Below are positions 62,001 to 64,000 of a stretch of 64,000 nucleotides of DNA, piece by piece. Every line of letters begins with the position of its first letter. Position 1 is the first letter of the stretch. The notes under the pieces are model-generated. The model did no database searches, was not told the origin of the DNA, and saw only the letters and a program-made list of their open reading frames with translations. This DNA is from Tubiluchus corallicola (lineage: Eukaryota; Animalia; Priapulida): contig JAQGDQ010000234.1 in NCBI GenBank assembly GCA_030141605.1, forward strand, positions 62,001-126,000, written 5' to 3'. The translations under genes and the position numbers were made by a program.

Positions 62001-63080
62001 GTCGTGCGTACTGTATTTTCTTTTTTCAGACGGTTGCTACAAATGGGAGTTTACAATGCTGAGCTGTATAATAATCTGGGCTTGTGCTGCTATTATGCCC
62101 AACAATATGATATGTCACTGACGTGCTTTGAACGAGCTTTGTCTTTGGCAAATGACGAAACAATGGCCGACATTTGGTTCAATATAGGACACATTGGACT
62201 GGTACATTTCTAGATAAAGATAACAGTATTTACATAAACGATACAGGCCGTAGTATATTGATGTAGTAAATTTTTGGGCTACTCCCTTACCAAGTAACAT
62301 ATAAATTGGTTTGTTTTGCCGTGATGCTGTCTCATTCTCGTTGTTATGCATGTAATAAGCTTATCAGTTTCTAACGTTGTGTCATCACAATAAAACTGCT
62401 CTGTATACTAATTTTTATGAAAAAATGGGTCCAGGACAATGGTAAGTGGTATTCTGGATGACATTCCTGGCAGATGGGCAGTAAAAACCCAATAAGCGAG
62501 CAACTTTATGCTTGGCATTCCGGACTAGTTGAAAATAAGCACTGGCTGTATTACTTTTAGGGTATCGGAGATCGATCATTAGCTTACCAGTGTTTCCAAC
62601 TTGCTGTTGCAGCAAATAATGATCATTCTGAAGCTTATAACAATCTTGGAGTATTGGAGCTGAATCAAGGACATAATGATCAGGTACAGTCTTGCTTACT
62701 TTTTAAATGTCTCATTATAAAATAATAAGACCACTGCTACTGAAGTACACCTTTGATGTTATTTCTGTGCACTAAATTACACTCAACGAAATGTAGTGCA
62801 TATCACCAGTTCAAATCCTCATTAAAATAGAATTGATAAGGAACTGGTGATCTTATTGTGATAAGAAGTAACTTGAACTCTGCTCTTATTTTACTCATAA
62901 CCGTATTCCACTGGATTGTGTTGATATTTTTGTTTTGTTTCGTAAATATTGTAATATTTAGGCTTGATAAAGCTTAGTAATAATTAACTCTTACAGGCTC
63001 GTGGGTTTTTATTATCATCACTTAATGGAGCATCTCACTTGTTTGAACCTCACTACAATTATGCTGCACTTTCTGAAAAG
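56018..63080 (+). CDS. TTC8: Tetratricopeptide repeat protein 8 (BBS8, BBSome subunit), 3'-partial; exons 56018-56119, 56333-56514, 56790-56949, 57573-57707, 58189-58274, 58995-59082, 60111-60221, 60876-61015, 62030-62201, 62561-62683, 62997-63080; last exon beyond the window
   Basis: MDPLFLAYSKFRRRKFEEC...NPYDQ/AAW, EEGIAEMMLDDN, RPGTMEQALRTPRTA, SMLTNPDGPFI, KDWWWKVQLGKCYYRLG, RRLLQMGVYNAELYNNLGLCCYYAQQYD. In-frame upstream stop supports the ATG. Confidence 0.96.
60655..60715 (+). mobile_element. Degenerate tRNA-derived SINE head
   Basis: GGCTGAGATGGTTAG ... GAGTTCAAGTCC, A/B-box-like spacing. Confidence 0.35.
61460..62013. mobile_element. Tigger/pogo-like MITE with TA target-site duplication
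   Basis: TA-CAGTAGGTGCCACTTAATAGAC ... GTCTATTAAGTCGTGCGTACTG-TA; second copy at 33105-33868. Confidence 0.8.
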
Positions 63081-63619
63081 GTGATTATGCAAATATGATT
63101 TTCTATTATTTATTTTTTAATAAAGGTATTTTTGTATTAATGTATTTTTTAGCAAATAGGTTTTTACTGATACTAAATAAGGTCTAAGTTACATATCACC
63201 TTTGTAATAATGTTAACTGCTACTTTGACTGAGCGGGAACACATGGTGCTGAGGAATGCCATCTACTGAAAGAACGTGTAAACACTATGAAAAACTTTTA
63301 AAGAATACTCGACCGTATTTAGCTCAAACGGAAGTAAAATTTCTCTTTCATCGGACTACTGCATCACCTTGGAAGAGTACATACGTTTTTTTAAATTAAA
63401 TTAGCTTTAGGAAGTTTGCGGAGCACTTATTCTTCATAAGCACCCAGAATATTCACACCACTTACAAGCAAGAATATAGGTTGTAAAATTACTAAACACA
63501 CCAGGTTAAAATACGTTACATTAGACCATGGTTAAATCAGTTCTGTTTTCACAGGACTGAATGGCTCAGTAATGGTATCACCTGACACAGTAGGGACGCA
63601 TTTAATATTTAATTAAAGG

Positions 63620-63900
63620 AAAACAGGATGATCTTTCATATCCCATTTTGAAGAATGGTAAAAATGGACATGTTCATAACTATGTACCAAAGTATTTCTG
63701 ATAATTAAATATGAACCTAGAAACTTAATTAGCCGCTGGCAAGTACAGCAAGCAATAACGTCAAAACTGACCAAAATTTTTTAATGGCAGAAACAATTTC
63801 TGTGAGTTTGTTACAAAAGCAAAAATTGGAATGCAGTGATACGTCAGTATTGAACTGAGAGGTACAGCACCTGTTTTTGTGCAACGTGCTTCTGACATTC
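63620..63900 (+). repeat. Dispersed repeat, homologous to 27285-27640
   Basis: Shares several colinear blocks with the copy in the BRF1 intron. Confidence 0.6.
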
Positions 63901-64000
63901 AACTGCGATGTCCATCTAACTAAAGAATAACAAAATGTGCGAAAAGCTAACAGAACAAACATGAAATTAAACTTTCACGGTCATTGTAATACCCCGTAGT

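Overview
AT-rich, intron-rich animal (probably invertebrate) nuclear DNA; no prokaryotic features. Reading splice sites by hand gives five conserved housekeeping genes: HAUS3 (+, 2 coding exons), NDUFA2 (-, 1 coding exon), BRF1 (+, 17 coding exons), DHTKD1 (-, 22 exons) and TTC8/BBS8 (+, 11 exons, running off the window). NDUFA2/BRF1 and DHTKD1/TTC8 are head-to-head pairs. The main hidden item, absent from the ORF track, is an antisense CTHRC1-like short-collagen gene whose four intact exons are nested in BRF1 intron 5. Upstream of it lies a chain of antisense exon-like segments with stops and frameshifts, interleaved with BRF1 out to its 3' UTR. BRF1 also has a U12-type intron and a GC-AG intron, and DHTKD1 has a GC-AG intron. 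Introns carry TA-flanked MITEs, a TTAA/Kolobok-like element, tRNA-derived SINE relics, CR1 and L2/Crack-like LINE fragments, and microsatellites. All family assignments come from recalled sequence motifs, not from database searches.
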